Shown: positions 1-10,219, counted from the stretch's first letter. The stretch is DNA of 42,262 bases from Sedimentisphaerales bacterium (GCA_963663805.2 CAXXMR010000026.1:1-42262), one strand, 5' to 3'. A program made the numbers and translations. The notes: generated by a model from the letters alone, not told the origin.

Positions 1-448
1 AAAAAACGTAGACCTTCTTCTCCCTGCCGTTTTCTTTAATGTTAGCTTCATGCCAGTCAACTTGGGCTTCTTCGCCAAACTCAAACGCTAACGGCAGGTA
101 AGCTTCTTTTTGGCGATTACTCGCCTCCTTGATATACCGCTGGACAGTGCTGTAATGGCCGGTGAAACCATACTCGTCACAAAGCCGCTGATACATTTTG
201 GTCGCCTGCATCCGCTGCTTACGCCGAACCTTTTTGTCAGATTCCAGCCAGGTGTCAATAATGTGCGCGAAGGGATCCATGACAGCCTTGACCCGCGGCT
301 GTCTGAGCCGATAGCCCGGCGGAATCGGATTTTTCAGGGCCTTGGCCACCGTGTTACGCGAATGCCCCAGCTCCAGGGCAACCTCACGTTGCGATATCCC
401 ATCACGAACTTTACGTCTGATAATCTCATAATGCTCCACTGTAAGCAC
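1..448 (-). CDS. istA: IS21 transposase IstA, N-terminal part (truncated by window)
   Basis: GTG at 448; reads [17 protein letters not shown] as in the 22474 copy. Confidence 0.92.
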   Translation of the reverse strand, partial: MLTVEHYEIIRRKVRDGISQREVALELGHSRNTVAKALKNPIPPGYRLRQPRVKAVMDPFAHIIDTWLESDKKVRRKQRMQATKMYQRLCDEYGFTGHYSTVQRYIKEASNRQKEAYLPLAFEFGEEAQVDWHEANIKENGREKKVYVF

Positions 449-584
449 CTTTCTAAGCCTCCTGTGTCTAAAATGTTACGTATCTTAAACACATCTTATC
501 GGCCTTTTACAGTGGCTCCTTTTTCGATGCTTTTTCAGAAGAGAAAACCCGCAAATCTGGCTCCATTTTCAATGCTAATCACCA
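1..584 (-). mobile_element. IS21-family element, left end (partial, runs off window start)
   Basis: Reverse complement of 22338-22921 with a few substitutions; ends in the IR TGGTGATTAGCATTGAAAATGGAGCCAGATTTGC at 584. Confidence 0.95.
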
Positions 585-687
585 ATATCTAAAAGTTCGC
601 TTTCACTACTGGCCCCAAAGCATACGGGTCTGTTAATCACCGAGAGCCTGTTAAAGAGAATTTTAGAGAGTTTGGGAGAGATTTTCT

Positions 688-869
688 GGGTTCCGAAACA
701 TAACGTATATGGTTGTGTTCGGACCCCGGAAAGTGCTCTTCGAAACAGAGAGCGCGGGCAAAATCGAAAAATCGCCGTAACTCTTTGATAACAATAAGTT
801 ATGAAAACGCCCGGCTATTTTCATATCCGGGCGTTTCCGTTAACTCGTACTGGCGACAAAGTTCGCCAG
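688..869. other. Cluster of four consecutive stem-loops (possible structured RNA or MITE)
   Basis: Dyads at 688-727, 733-755, 805-836 (AAACGCCCGG/CCGGGCGTTT) and 850-869 (CTGGCGA/TCGCCAG). Confidence 0.45.
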
Positions 870-879
870 AATTATTGAA

Positions 880-1189
880 GCTCCCCGAAACATACGAATT
901 TCGGAATTGCTAAAATGATTAACGGTCTGGTGTCCAACTCGGGACCCCGAATGATGCGAAAAAAGCCTGCGCTCTATGTTTTGTAACTCTTTATAAATAA
1001 ATATCTTATGCCATACTCGCGTTTTTGCGTTGTTTTCTCTCGTTTTTCAAGCAACCGTTTGGGCATATCAAAAATTAAACCCTTTACCTTGGTTTTCCGG
1101 AGCTCACCCGCTCCGAGCGGTACTTCCAGCCAAAATATGCCTCTATATTTGCTAAGTATGCTAACTGGCGGGTTGGTGATTTGCAATGG
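880..1189 (+). repeat. Non-coding ~300-bp dispersed repeat, copy 1 (uninterrupted)
   Basis: 880-924 is identical to 19685-19729 (45 bp); 1088-1111 is identical to 19891-19914; the sequence between is colinear and similar. Confidence 0.9.
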
Positions 1190-1206
1190 TTTTATCATTG
1201 AAATCA

Positions 1207-4200
1207 TCAATCCCCACAAAGCCAGTCCTGGCTTATGCGCTGGAAGTCGAAGAGGTTTACTTCGCCGCTTTTATCTATGTCCGCACCATAGCACCAGTCG
1301 CCTTCGCCGCCAAAAATGTTATTGCAGTTCGACTCTGTCCAATAGTCGGCCAACCAACCAATATCTAGTAGGTTAACCGTCCAGTCACCATTTAGATCGC
1401 CCTCATAATAAAGCGGATGACGGTTTGATTGCCTTATATCTCTTCGAAACATAGGCCATTCCTGTCGTTTGGGTAATGGAGTCTTTAAGTCGAAAGCATA
1501 TAATTTTCTTGGAGAATAATTGGTACGTGTGACAATTTCTATATCACCATTACCGTCGAAATCACAAATTGCCGGTTGAGCATATGCCGTTGCTCCTAAG
1601 TCCATCGGAAAACCAGCAATAACATTACCATCAAAACCATAAGCATTCAATTTTGAAAAAGAATTAAACACTATATCATTAACACCATCATCGTTAATAT
1701 CAACAATGCTGGCAGTTGAAGATACGCTAACGGATTTCTCCCAAAGTAAATTTCCGGAATTTTCAAATAACCGCAACTTACCATATCCACGACAAGCTGA
1801 TATTATCTCAACTACTCCATCTCCGTTTAAATCTCCTACTGAAACATCAAATGTATTGTAAGGCCTGGGCCAGCCTGGGACATTCGAGCCATCAGATTTC
1901 CAGGCATAGAGATTTCCATTATGGTTCTCTGTCACTGCCCCGACAATAATCTCCAAATCGTCGGTATCGTCAAGATTCGCCAGAACGGGATCACAGAGAT
2001 AACCGTTTGTATCCTTGGGCCAGCCCGGCATAGGGGTACCGTCGGCCCGGTAAACGAATATTGGGCTGGCGACATAGGCCGGAATTGCTGATATGCCGGT
2101 GGAAATGATAATTTCATTTCCCGGCAGATTATCTATATTTCCGATGGCAACCCCTCGGCGATTTGCTGAGTCAAAAGGCAGTTGAATGGGCCAACCGGGC
2201 AAGTCGCTACCGTCTCCTTGTAATATCCAAACACCGTAAGGATCATTTCTGTGAAGTGCGACAACAACTATTTCAAGATCGTCTTCATTATCATCGAAAT
2301 TTGCGAGCGATATAGTAGAGTAACCGTTTTTGCCTAAGCTCTTGGGCCATCCATCAACCAATTGACCAGTTTCAATATGCCAAGCATATATGAAGCCATA
2401 AACTGGTCCCGCTACTGGATCAGCAGCACCCAAAACCTCAGGATCTCCGTCGCCGTCGATATCACCAACGACAAAATTATATAATATATAATAATTACCA
2501 GTAACACTTTGGGGAAAATTAGGGTAACTTGTACCATCATCGTTATAAATATACAGGGCGTTATCAAATCCTATCAATAACTCGCCTTTGCCATCGCCAT
2601 CTATATCCGTCACAATAGGAGAATTGCTACAATCTCTGGCATCAGATTCCAGTGGCCAGCCGGCAAGGTTTCCGAAGTTTACCGGGCAGCTGAATTCCTG
2701 GGTTCGTGAATAGTTGTCTCCGTTGATGGCGAGTGTGAATATGATCTCATGGCCGGCTTCGGCCTGGTCACTCAAGGTGAACTGGAATGGATTTGTGGTG
2801 TTATCGCTGATTTGGCCGCAGGTCAGGGAGCCGTAGCCGGCGGTGTTCTGGCTGATAGTTACCAGCGGGTCACTACAGCTAAGTATGGCTGTTACATTAT
2901 CGACATCAGCCCAGCAGTTTCGCAGGGATACGATCAGGTCCACGCTTTCGTTCGGTTCGAGGCTGCCGTTATGGCTGCCGGTACTGAGTGCATCATCTAT
3001 CACATATTCGATAAACTTTATATAAGGGGTCGGAGTCGCGGTCAGGGCGGTATAGCCATTGACGCGGCCTGAGCCCAGCAGGTCTATGTATTGGCTGTTA
3101 GATGCATCGATATTGTCCGCGGAGCCGATTATCCGGCCGGTTACCATTTCATTGGTATAGGTCGGGAAATAGCTGATTATCTGAGCCGCTAATCCGGCGA
3201 CGTAGGGGCAGGCCATCGAGGTTCCGTTCGCGCGATAATAGCGGGCCGCGGGATTGAAGGCAGGAACGAAGCGTTCGCCGGAAGTATAGCCGGTGGAGCC
3301 CTGGTACATATCCGTACCATCGGCTCTCAGGGAGAGGATGTCCATACCCGGGGCGGAGATATCGACAGCGGAACCATAATTGCTGAAAGATGCTTTAGTG
3401 TCGGTATGGTCGGTGGCGGCGACGGTGATAGTTTTGTGATAGTTGGCGGGGGAATAATAGCGGACATCATCGTCCTCGTTACCCGCGGAGAACACGACCA
3501 CACAGCCCAGAGCACAGGCGTAATCTATCGCGTCTTCCACTATCGGGTTGGATTCCTTGCGACTGGAAGGGCCCCAGGAATTGCTCAGGACATCGGCTCC
3601 GTTGTCGGCGGCGTAGCGGATGGCTTGGGCCAGAACATCATCGTAGGCGTTGGGGAAGGCTTTCAGGGCCATGACCCTGGTGTTGGGGCAAACGCCGATG
3701 ATGCCGATAGTGTTATTGCCGACCGCTCCGATGATGCCGGCGCAATGGGTGCCGTGGCCGATATAGTCTGATGGGTCGGCGTCCTGATCGCTGAAGTCGT
3801 AGCCGTAGATGTCGTCGGTGTAGCCGTTATTGTCATCGTCCAGGCCATTATCGGGGATCTCGGCGGTGTTGAGCCAGAGATTGGCGGTGAGATCTTCATG
3901 GCTCAGGTCAACGCCGGTGTCGATGACCGCTACAATGGTGCCGTCGCCCAAGGCGAGGTCCCACATGGCCTGGCAATTGAGCTTGTCGGATTTGAGGGCG
4001 TAGAGGTCATCATAAGTCTGGCCCCAACTGCCCGTGGCAGCGTAGTAATAATCGTCGGGGACATAATGCAGTTCGGCCTGCTCGGCGGGGACGGCGTATA
4101 TTACGCAGTCCATCTGGTTGAGTTCGGCACATATCTGCTCGGCTCCGGCACGGCTGCTGAATTCCATTGAGAAAACACCGGTGAGGTTGGGTATGTTCGC

Positions 4201-4650
4201 TTGAGGATGGGCCCGGGCGGTTCGCTGGGGGAAGCGGGCCTGGATTTGCCGGGCGTGCTGCTGGAAGCGGGCGTATTCCTGCTGTTCGAGGGTGACGGCC
4301 TGGGACTGGGTTATTACCGATATGGCTGAGCTGCTGTTTATCTGGATGGGCAATTCGCCGGAAGCGGGGAAAACACGCTGGATTTTGCTGATATTATGCC
4401 GCTGCCGCAGGTCGGCCAGTGAGTTGTTGGCGGTAAGGATATTGATCTGGCCGCCGGAATCGAAAATGCTGTCCAGCAGAGCGAAACCTTGCCCTTCGAC
4501 AAAACGTACGATCACGCGGCTGGGCCGTTCGGTGGGCGAAAGTTGGCCCTGAAAGCGGTCGAAGGCGTGAAGGGGGCAAATTGTGACTAATAAGGCTAGT
4601 AATATCAAGTAGTTATAAATCTTCATGGTCCCGCAGCCGTTTTTAAGCAC
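1207..4650 (-). CDS. Secreted S8 (subtilisin-like) serine peptidase with FG-GAP/VCBS repeats and dockerin-like C-terminus
   Basis: Triad motifs VAVIDTGVD, GHGTHCAG, GTSMACP; repeated DIDGDG..E motifs; C-terminal GDLNGDWTVNLLD...ADIDKSGEVNLFDF; hydrophobic signal peptide; GGAGG upstream of GTG 4650 (alternative ATG 4626). Confidence 0.93.
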   Translation of the reverse strand: MLKNGCGTMKIYNYLILLALLVTICPLHAFDRFQGQLSPTERPSRVIVRFVEGQGFALLDSIFDSGGQINILTANNSLADLRQRHNISKIQRVFPASGELPIQINSSSAISVITQSQAVTLEQQEYARFQQHARQIQARFPQRTARAHPQANIPNLTGVFSMEFSSRAGAEQICAELNQMDCVIYAVPAEQAELHYVPDDYYYAATGSWGQTYDDLYALKSDKLNCQAMWDLALGDGTIVAVIDTGVDLSHEDLTANLWLNTAEIPDNGLDDDNNGYTDDIYGYDFSDQDADPSDYIGHGTHCAGIIGAVGNNTIGIIGVCPNTRVMALKAFPNAYDDVLAQAIRYAADNGADVLSNSWGPSSRKESNPIVEDAIDYACALGCVVVFSAGNEDDDVRYYSPANYHKTITVAATDHTDTKASFSNYGSAVDISAPGMDILSLRADGTDMYQGSTGYTSGERFVPAFNPAARYYRANGTSMACPYVAGLAAQIISYFPTYTNEMVTGRIIGSADNIDASNSQYIDLLGSGRVNGYTALTATPTPYIKFIEYVIDDALSTGSHNGSLEPNESVDLIVSLRNCWADVDNVTAILSCSDPLVTISQNTAGYGSLTCGQISDNTTNPFQFTLSDQAEAGHEIIFTLAINGDNYSRTQEFSCPVNFGNLAGWPLESDARDCSNSPIVTDIDGDGKGELLIGFDNALYIYNDDGTSYPNFPQSVTGNYYILYNFVVGDIDGDGDPEVLGAADPVAGPVYGFIYAWHIETGQLVDGWPKSLGKNGYSTISLANFDDNEDDLEIVVVALHRNDPYGVWILQGDGSDLPGWPIQLPFDSANRRGVAIGNIDNLPGNEIIISTGISAIPAYVASPIFVYRADGTPMPGWPKDTNGYLCDPVLANLDDTDDLEIIVGAVTENHNGNLYAWKSDGSNVPGWPRPYNTFDVSVGDLNGDGVVEIISACRGYGKLRLFENSGNLLWEKSVSVSSTASIVDINDDGVNDIVFNSFSKLNAYGFDGNVIAGFPMDLGATAYAQPAICDFDGNGDIEIVTRTNYSPRKLYAFDLKTPLPKRQEWPMFRRDIRQSNRHPLYYEGDLNGDWTVNLLDIGWLADYWTESNCNNIFGGEGDWCYGADIDKSGEVNLFDFQRISQDWLCGD

Positions 4651-5150
4651 TATCTTGATCCTCCTGTTTGTTCATGCTGAATCCGGGCCAAGCAAAACCT
4701 GCCCGGCTAATAATCTTAATAGTTTGACTCCCGCCAAAAGAATGCCTGTCGGCCCCCATTTAGCGGAAAGAGCATTATATCTTAAATCCCGGTTTGAGTA
4801 AAGATAATTGGCACTACCTGTAATTATTTATAAACACTGTGCTGTCAATGGTTATGAGGGGCATTTGTATGTCTTCTTACAGTTGTCCGGCAATATATAG
4901 CGGCAGAACCTGCCCAGACGGGAGCAAAACAGACTGTAATAGTCCCTGATTAGCTCAACTGCAGGCCGGGGCAGGTCTGATAAGGGTTTCGATAAGTCTG
5001 CCCGGGGGCAAAACTGATTGTCGGTATGTTTGGGCCGGCTGACTTGGGGGGGGGGCTGGTTGACAGTGTTTGCGAGGTGATAAGGAATGTAATCTATCTG
5101 CGGGCGGGGGGGTAATATTGGCGGCAATATAATAGTGATCCCGGCGGGAG

Positions 5151-5430
5151 GACTGCGCTGTTGGCGGGATGTTTCTGCTCGCAGCAGTGGAGCTGCGCTG
5201 GCAGCGGCAGGCCTGCGCACGCAGCGCAAGAGCTGCGATCCCTGCGAAAGACTTACGCACGCAGCGTAGGACCTGCGCTCGTAGCGTAAGAGCTACGCTG
5301 CCAGCGGAATGTCTGCGCTCGCAGCGGAAGGGCTGCGCTCGCAGCGTAGGGCCTGCGCTCGTAGCGTAGGGCCTGCGCTCGTAGCGGAATGTCTGTGCTC
5401 GCAGCGTAAGAGCTGCGCACTCAGCGCAGG
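5151..5430. repeat. Tandem array of 14 degenerate 20-bp palindromic units (consensus ~RSCTGCGCTCGYAGCGTARG)
   Basis: Units start every 20 bp from 5151 to 5411, e.g. GCCTGCGCTCGTAGCGTAGG at 5351. Confidence 0.92.
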
Positions 5431-5694
5431 AGCAAAGTAAATTGGAGTTATCGGTCGGCAGGGCGATATCAGTATCCTGCAAGCTGATTTTATGAGACTT
5501 GCCTCTGGATAACGGTTTTTGACGTTCGACTTGCACTTATAAGACTTTGCTCTACCACAAAAATCTGATGATTTTCCGTTCAGCGTTCTTCCATAACGCT
5601 GAATCTGGACTCATATGAACTTGAAAAAGAGCAAAATTTTCAATCTCCAGCTGCTCAAAAGCGGTATCACGCTTGCTTGACAACTACAGTGAAA

Positions 5695-6765
5695 TCAATA
5701 AGAATATTCATTATTTAGTAAATTGCCGCGGCGGGTTGATTCTCTCAGTGCGGGAATGGCTGGGATCATGGTTTGGGTTGGTGATGTTATTTCGCCGGTG
5801 ATTTGTTTGAAGAGCAGGCGGGCGGCTTCGTCCTGCATATTGAACTGGGACCCCATAAATGCGCTTAAGGGTGGGTCGATGTATGGTGCGGTTGGGTGTT
5901 CTCCGGACCCGATTACGGCTACGTCGGTAGGGATTTTGAGGTTGTTTTTTTTGATGGCATGGTAGGCGCCCAGGACCAGAGAGTCCATTACGGTAAACAA
6001 GCCGTCAAATTTTCTGCCTTGTTTGAGGAAGTGGTCTGTCGCTTCGAACCCGTCTCTATCGCTAAATCCTGACGCGACAATTTCTACGGGTTTATTGCCG
6101 GTAAGTGATTCGACTTTTTGGATGAAGCCGGCCATTCTTTTTTGGGTGGCCTGAGTTATAAGGTTTGTTCTCAGGAAGGCGAAGTTTTTTGTGTGGGCGT
6201 TGTACAGCACCTCGGCGGCTTGTTGGCCGGTGGCAATTGAGAGCTCACTAACAGAGGTATATCCGCTGATTTCCCGGCCGATAAGTACGGTTGGAGTGGG
6301 GGGGGGGGTATTTAATAAAAAGTTGTCATCTTCGTCTATGGTGTTGGTGATTATTGCGGCATTGAAATGATTGCCATTCAGCAAGCAGGGGAGTTTTTCG
6401 AGTTGGCCAGCATTAAACAAGTCGACGATTGTGATATAATTGAGGTGGGCAAATTGCTCTTCGCGGGAGATTTTTTGCAGCGCTTTTGTGGTTTCGCCAA
6501 TCAGTACGAGAGGTGATTCCAAAGAGGTGATCATGGCGATAGTCAGGGGGTGGCTTTGGGAGCCGAGGCTTCGGAGTCTGCGGGCGGTTACATTCGGGAT
6601 ATATCCGGCTTTACGGGCGGTTTCGAGTACTCTCTGGGCGGTTTTTTCCGGTATCCTGCGTTTTTTGTACTGATTACTGAGTACGGATGAGATTGTGCCT
6701 ATGGATAGGTTCAGCTCCTGGGAGAGCTCGGAGATTGTAATGGGTGGTTTGGGGTTTCCGGTCAT
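5695..6765 (-). CDS. LacI-family transcriptional regulator
   Basis: N-terminal HTH ITISELSQELNLSIGTISSVLS, hinge GYIPNVTARRLR, C-terminal IPTDVAVIG..PPLS..RES. Confidence 0.93.
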   Translation of the reverse strand: MTGNPKPPITISELSQELNLSIGTISSVLSNQYKKRRIPEKTAQRVLETARKAGYIPNVTARRLRSLGSQSHPLTIAMITSLESPLVLIGETTKALQKISREEQFAHLNYITIVDLFNAGQLEKLPCLLNGNHFNAAIITNTIDEDDNFLLNTPPPTPTVLIGREISGYTSVSELSIATGQQAAEVLYNAHTKNFAFLRTNLITQATQKRMAGFIQKVESLTGNKPVEIVASGFSDRDGFEATDHFLKQGRKFDGLFTVMDSLVLGAYHAIKKNNLKIPTDVAVIGSGEHPTAPYIDPPLSAFMGSQFNMQDEAARLLFKQITGEITSPTQTMIPAIPALRESTRRGNLLNNEYSY

Positions 6766-7061
6766 TTTGCTAAAACCTTTCTTGTTTTTCGCAAATTATA
6801 GCATTGATATTAAAGTAAGGGGTAGCTAAAAACAATGAAAAACCACTTTTTTTATATAAAGTCTTATTTTGAAAGGACTTATTTGTATATAAATAATTTT
6901 TTTGAAATATCTCGCTAAGTGGGACGGCACGTTATTTCCAGCAAAAAACGTTTTGCAAAAATAATTTTAGCACATTATATTTAGATATATTTTATTTTAA
7001 GTCATTCTTTAAGAAGCCTTTATGGTTTTTATTTGAGTGGCACGGCAGGGGAATAATTATC

Positions 7062-7090
7062 TTGACTGCACAAACGTTATTTCTTAAACT
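7062..7090 (+). promoter_or_regulatory. Sigma70-type promoter of the prepilin/LamG operon, with a candidate LacI operator in the spacer
   Basis: TTGACT (7062-7067), 17 bp, TAAACT (7085-7090); the spacer contains AAACGTTA; a related palindrome AAAACGTTTT lies at 6945-6954. Confidence 0.6.
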
Positions 7091-7176
7091 GTGTGGAGTT
7101 CTCAAGTATTTGAGTTTGAACTACGGTCCGGCAGGCATAGGAAACTGAATCTAATTTGATTTCAAAGGAGTGTTCG

Positions 7177-7959
7177 ATGTTCAGTAATTTTCAAAAAAAA
7201 CGAGGCTTCACTCTGGTGGAGTTGTTGGTCGTTGTGGCGATTATCGCATTACTGGTTTCGATATTGCTTCCGTCTTTGGGGCAGGCCCGGAGTGCCGCGA
7301 AGCAGGTTGTCTGTATGAGTAACATGCATCAGTGGTCACTTGGGGTTGTTGCTTATTCGATGGACAACAGAGATTTTTTCCCTTCGCGTTTCTGGCGATA
7401 TGACAATGGTGGGGTTGACGAAAATCATAATGGGTTAGTTTATTATTATGTTGAAAACCGCATTAATCTTCTGGATATATTTTTGCGGCCTTACATTCAG
7501 GATGTAGCGATCACTCGTTGTCCCGGTAATCCGAGCGAGATCAAGGATTGGGATGTGCAGTTGGAGGAATGCGTACAGCAGGGCATTAACCCTAATGTTA
7601 AGGGTAATTATGGTTTGTATGTGGGGTATCCGGAAGACATCTCGCCAACCGGTATCAGTTGGGGACCTGTGCCTTTAAATTCCACAAAATGGTTTATTCC
7701 GCCCAAGAAAATCTCTGAGGCCCGTCCTGGTTTGGCGGTTACCGGATGTGTGGTGCAGTATGATGACATAAACCAGTGGGTGTATTACCATCCAAAATTC
7801 ACAAAAAACTCCATCGACAAGCCTGAAAATGTGCCTACCGCGTTTGCTGATGGTCATGCCGTATCGGTGTCTGATGAAGATTTGGTGATATTTCAGGCTT
7901 ACACTTCGCATAGCTGGGGTGGCAGTTACTGGTGGGCTGATCCTAAGAAGAGTTATTAG
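7177..7959 (+). CDS. Prepilin-type N-terminal cleavage/methylation domain protein (DUF1559-like, H-X9-DG type)
   Basis: RGFTLVELLVVVAIIALLVSILLPSLGQAR..C.SN; C-terminal AFADGHA; AAGGAG before ATG 7177. Confidence 0.93.
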   Translation: MFSNFQKKRGFTLVELLVVVAIIALLVSILLPSLGQARSAAKQVVCMSNMHQWSLGVVAYSMDNRDFFPSRFWRYDNGGVDENHNGLVYYYVENRINLLDIFLRPYIQDVAITRCPGNPSEIKDWDVQLEECVQQGINPNVKGNYGLYVGYPEDISPTGISWGPVPLNSTKWFIPPKKISEARPGLAVTGCVVQYDDINQWVYYHPKFTKNSIDKPENVPTAFADGHAVSVSDEDLVIFQAYTSHSWGGSYWWADPKKSY

Positions 7960-8021
7960 TTTTGTGATTTTAATGTTTGATTGGTTATTACTGTTGGTTC
8001 CTTTTAAGGAGGATTTTAGTG

Positions 8022-10205
8022 ATGGTCAGAAAGAGTGTTTGTTTAGTTGTTTTGTTGATGGTTTTTTGTGCAGGAGCGAATGCGGAGTTGGTCCAGCATT
8101 GGCAGCTGGATGATGCGGCTGGTACTTTTACCGATGGTTTGGGTTATACGGTTATGCCGATAGACAATGTTATTGCCGGTGGTAATGAGGCGATGATAGT
8201 CACTCCGGCAGATCAGCAAAGTTTGGCATTGTTTGGACAGGGCGGGGCTTCCGCGGCAACCGGAGCATCTATCATATTCAATGGTCGGCATGACGGGATC
8301 GAGTTGGGTGATATTGCTCCAGATCCCAATGCTACGTCGAACAATCCGTTTACAATCGCATTCTGGTTCAAGACCAGCGGGTTGGAGTGTTTCAATGACG
8401 CTTCGGACAGGCTGATCAGTGCCAACAGAGGGCAGGCGGGTCGCTGGGAGATGTCTCTGCAAGGTGATACTGTTACTCAGTCAGACGCGGGCCAGACGAT
8501 AGATTTGAGTATTAATCTTTTTCATAGTGGTGGGGCCAGTTTTACTCTTGAGGATGCTGTAGACGCGGGTCAGTGGTATCATCTTGCTTTGGTTCGCTCG
8601 AGTGCTACATCTTCGAATCTGAGACTTTATGTTAATGGTGTGGAAGAAGTGGTACAGACGGACACGGCAGGTTTTACGGTGAAAGCGGATGCTGATGGCG
8701 CTGTTAGGATGGGTCATAAACCTGCTAATAGTGGTACGGGTGTTTCGCGCGGATATAGCGGCGGATTCGATGATATTCGGGTTTACGATGAAGCTGTTTC
8801 GGCTGATGAAGTCTGGGCGTTGAGCCATCCGGAAACCTACGCTTATAATCCTGTTCCCGCTAATGGTGCTCAAGGGGTGAGCAAGAATGTCACGCTGGAA
8901 TGGGATACTGCCTTGGATGGTGGTGTGGTCAATCCGAATGTGACGGCTCATTACCTTTATGTAAGCAGTGATCCTATGTTCACGGGTGTTTCGCCGATTA
9001 CGATTTCGGCGGGCATTCCTCCGGCTGTTAGTGCATCTCAGGCGATGGCTTTGGATGCCGATACGACTTATTACTGGCGGGTTGATGAGAGTATCAGCAA
9101 TTCCGGTCCCACAGATGCGGCGACTCTGGTTGGTTTTGTATGGAGTCTGGTGACGGCGAAAGATGTTACGATTACCTCTCAGCCGGAAGACGCTTTGGCG
9201 AGTCTGAATGGCAGTGCTTCGTTTACGGTTACGGCAGAGAGTGATCTGGCGATTACTTATACCTGGTATTACTCTCCTGATAACAGTAACGCGACTCCGG
9301 GCGATGACGATGTGGCAGGGGGTGGTGCGACTTTGAATCTCAGCGGTATTGACGCTCTGGATGAAGGTTTTTATTACTGCATCGCTTCTAATGGCCAGGC
9401 TTTGGATTATTCTGAGACTGCCCAGCTCGGTGTCAAGCGTTTATTGGCTTATTGGAGTCTGGACGATGACGCGGCCGGTTGGGACGGTAGTAACTATCTT
9501 GATGAATCCAGTGAAGACCCGGTTTCTCAAGATGCTACTCCGGTGGGCACTCCCACGTTTGTTGCCGGTCAAAAAGCCGAGGGTGTTGGAATTACCAGCG
9601 GCTGGGGACATGCCGGGACGTGGAATCCTTCTGAGTTTACCGGACGGTTGACGGTTAGCATCTGGCTGAACTGGGGCGGGGCCAATGGTACGTGGCAGCA
9701 TTTTATTACCAAGCGTACCGGTTCCTGGGCGGCTGCAACTGGTATGTGGCAGGTAGCCTCTGATAATAATGGCGATGATTTGTGGTTCGCTGCTCCCGGC
9801 GGCAGAGTGTCAGCTGAAGACGTTTTGATTGTCGGTGAGTGGATGCATATCGTAGCTACTTATGATGGTCAAACCGGTAAATTGTATGTTAATGGTGAGT
9901 ATGTCAATGAGAATGATTTTGAATTTGGCGAAGCGACTGATGGTATGATTACGCTGGGCGATGTTGCCGAAGGTATTTTGCCGGGTACCGGTTCGCTGGA
10001 TGAAATCAGAATCTATAATTATGACATTTCTGAACTGGATGTGGCAGTACTTTATACCACCGACGCTCCTGGTGAGACCGCCTGTGTGAGGTCATTGCAG
10101 TCCCCTTATGATTTCGATGATAATTGTATTGTCGATTTGGCGGACTTCGCAAAAATATCAGGGGCCTGGCTGGATTGTGCTCAGGTGCCTAATTGTCTGC
10201 CGTAA
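8022..10205 (+). CDS. Secreted protein: LamG, FN3-like, Ig-like, LamG, dockerin-like tail
   Basis: Signal peptide; two HW.LDD...WYH/WMH...DD/E.R.Y domains; ITSQP..YTWY..DEGFYYC Ig motif; YDFDDNCIVDLADF; AAGGAGG before ATG 8022. Confidence 0.88.
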   Translation: MVRKSVCLVVLLMVFCAGANAELVQHWQLDDAAGTFTDGLGYTVMPIDNVIAGGNEAMIVTPADQQSLALFGQGGASAATGASIIFNGRHDGIELGDIAPDPNATSNNPFTIAFWFKTSGLECFNDASDRLISANRGQAGRWEMSLQGDTVTQSDAGQTIDLSINLFHSGGASFTLEDAVDAGQWYHLALVRSSATSSNLRLYVNGVEEVVQTDTAGFTVKADADGAVRMGHKPANSGTGVSRGYSGGFDDIRVYDEAVSADEVWALSHPETYAYNPVPANGAQGVSKNVTLEWDTALDGGVVNPNVTAHYLYVSSDPMFTGVSPITISAGIPPAVSASQAMALDADTTYYWRVDESISNSGPTDAATLVGFVWSLVTAKDVTITSQPEDALASLNGSASFTVTAESDLAITYTWYYSPDNSNATPGDDDVAGGGATLNLSGIDALDEGFYYCIASNGQALDYSETAQLGVKRLLAYWSLDDDAAGWDGSNYLDESSEDPVSQDATPVGTPTFVAGQKAEGVGITSGWGHAGTWNPSEFTGRLTVSIWLNWGGANGTWQHFITKRTGSWAAATGMWQVASDNNGDDLWFAAPGGRVSAEDVLIVGEWMHIVATYDGQTGKLYVNGEYVNENDFEFGEATDGMITLGDVAEGILPGTGSLDEIRIYNYDISELDVAVLYTTDAPGETACVRSLQSPYDFDDNCIVDLADFAKISGAWLDCAQVPNCLP

Positions 10206-10219
10206 TGTATAGTAACGTG

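Noticed and set aside
110..592. 160-aa plus-strand ORF
   Set aside because: Antisense shadow of istA and its IR; the same shadow recurs at 22338-22812.
974..1219. 81-aa ORF in the 300-bp repeat
   Set aside because: The equivalent frame in copy 2 contains stop codons.
5151..5430. CRISPR array
   Set aside because: Contiguous 20-bp units with no unique spacers, and no cas genes in the window.
4852..5536. ORFs of 125, 193 and 66 aa over the tandem array
   Set aside because: Low-complexity translations of a GC-rich repeat; no recognisable domain or RBS.
5579..5603. TTCAGCGTT/AACGCTGAA dyad as lacI terminator
   Set aside because: No U-tract on the minus strand; too weak to call.
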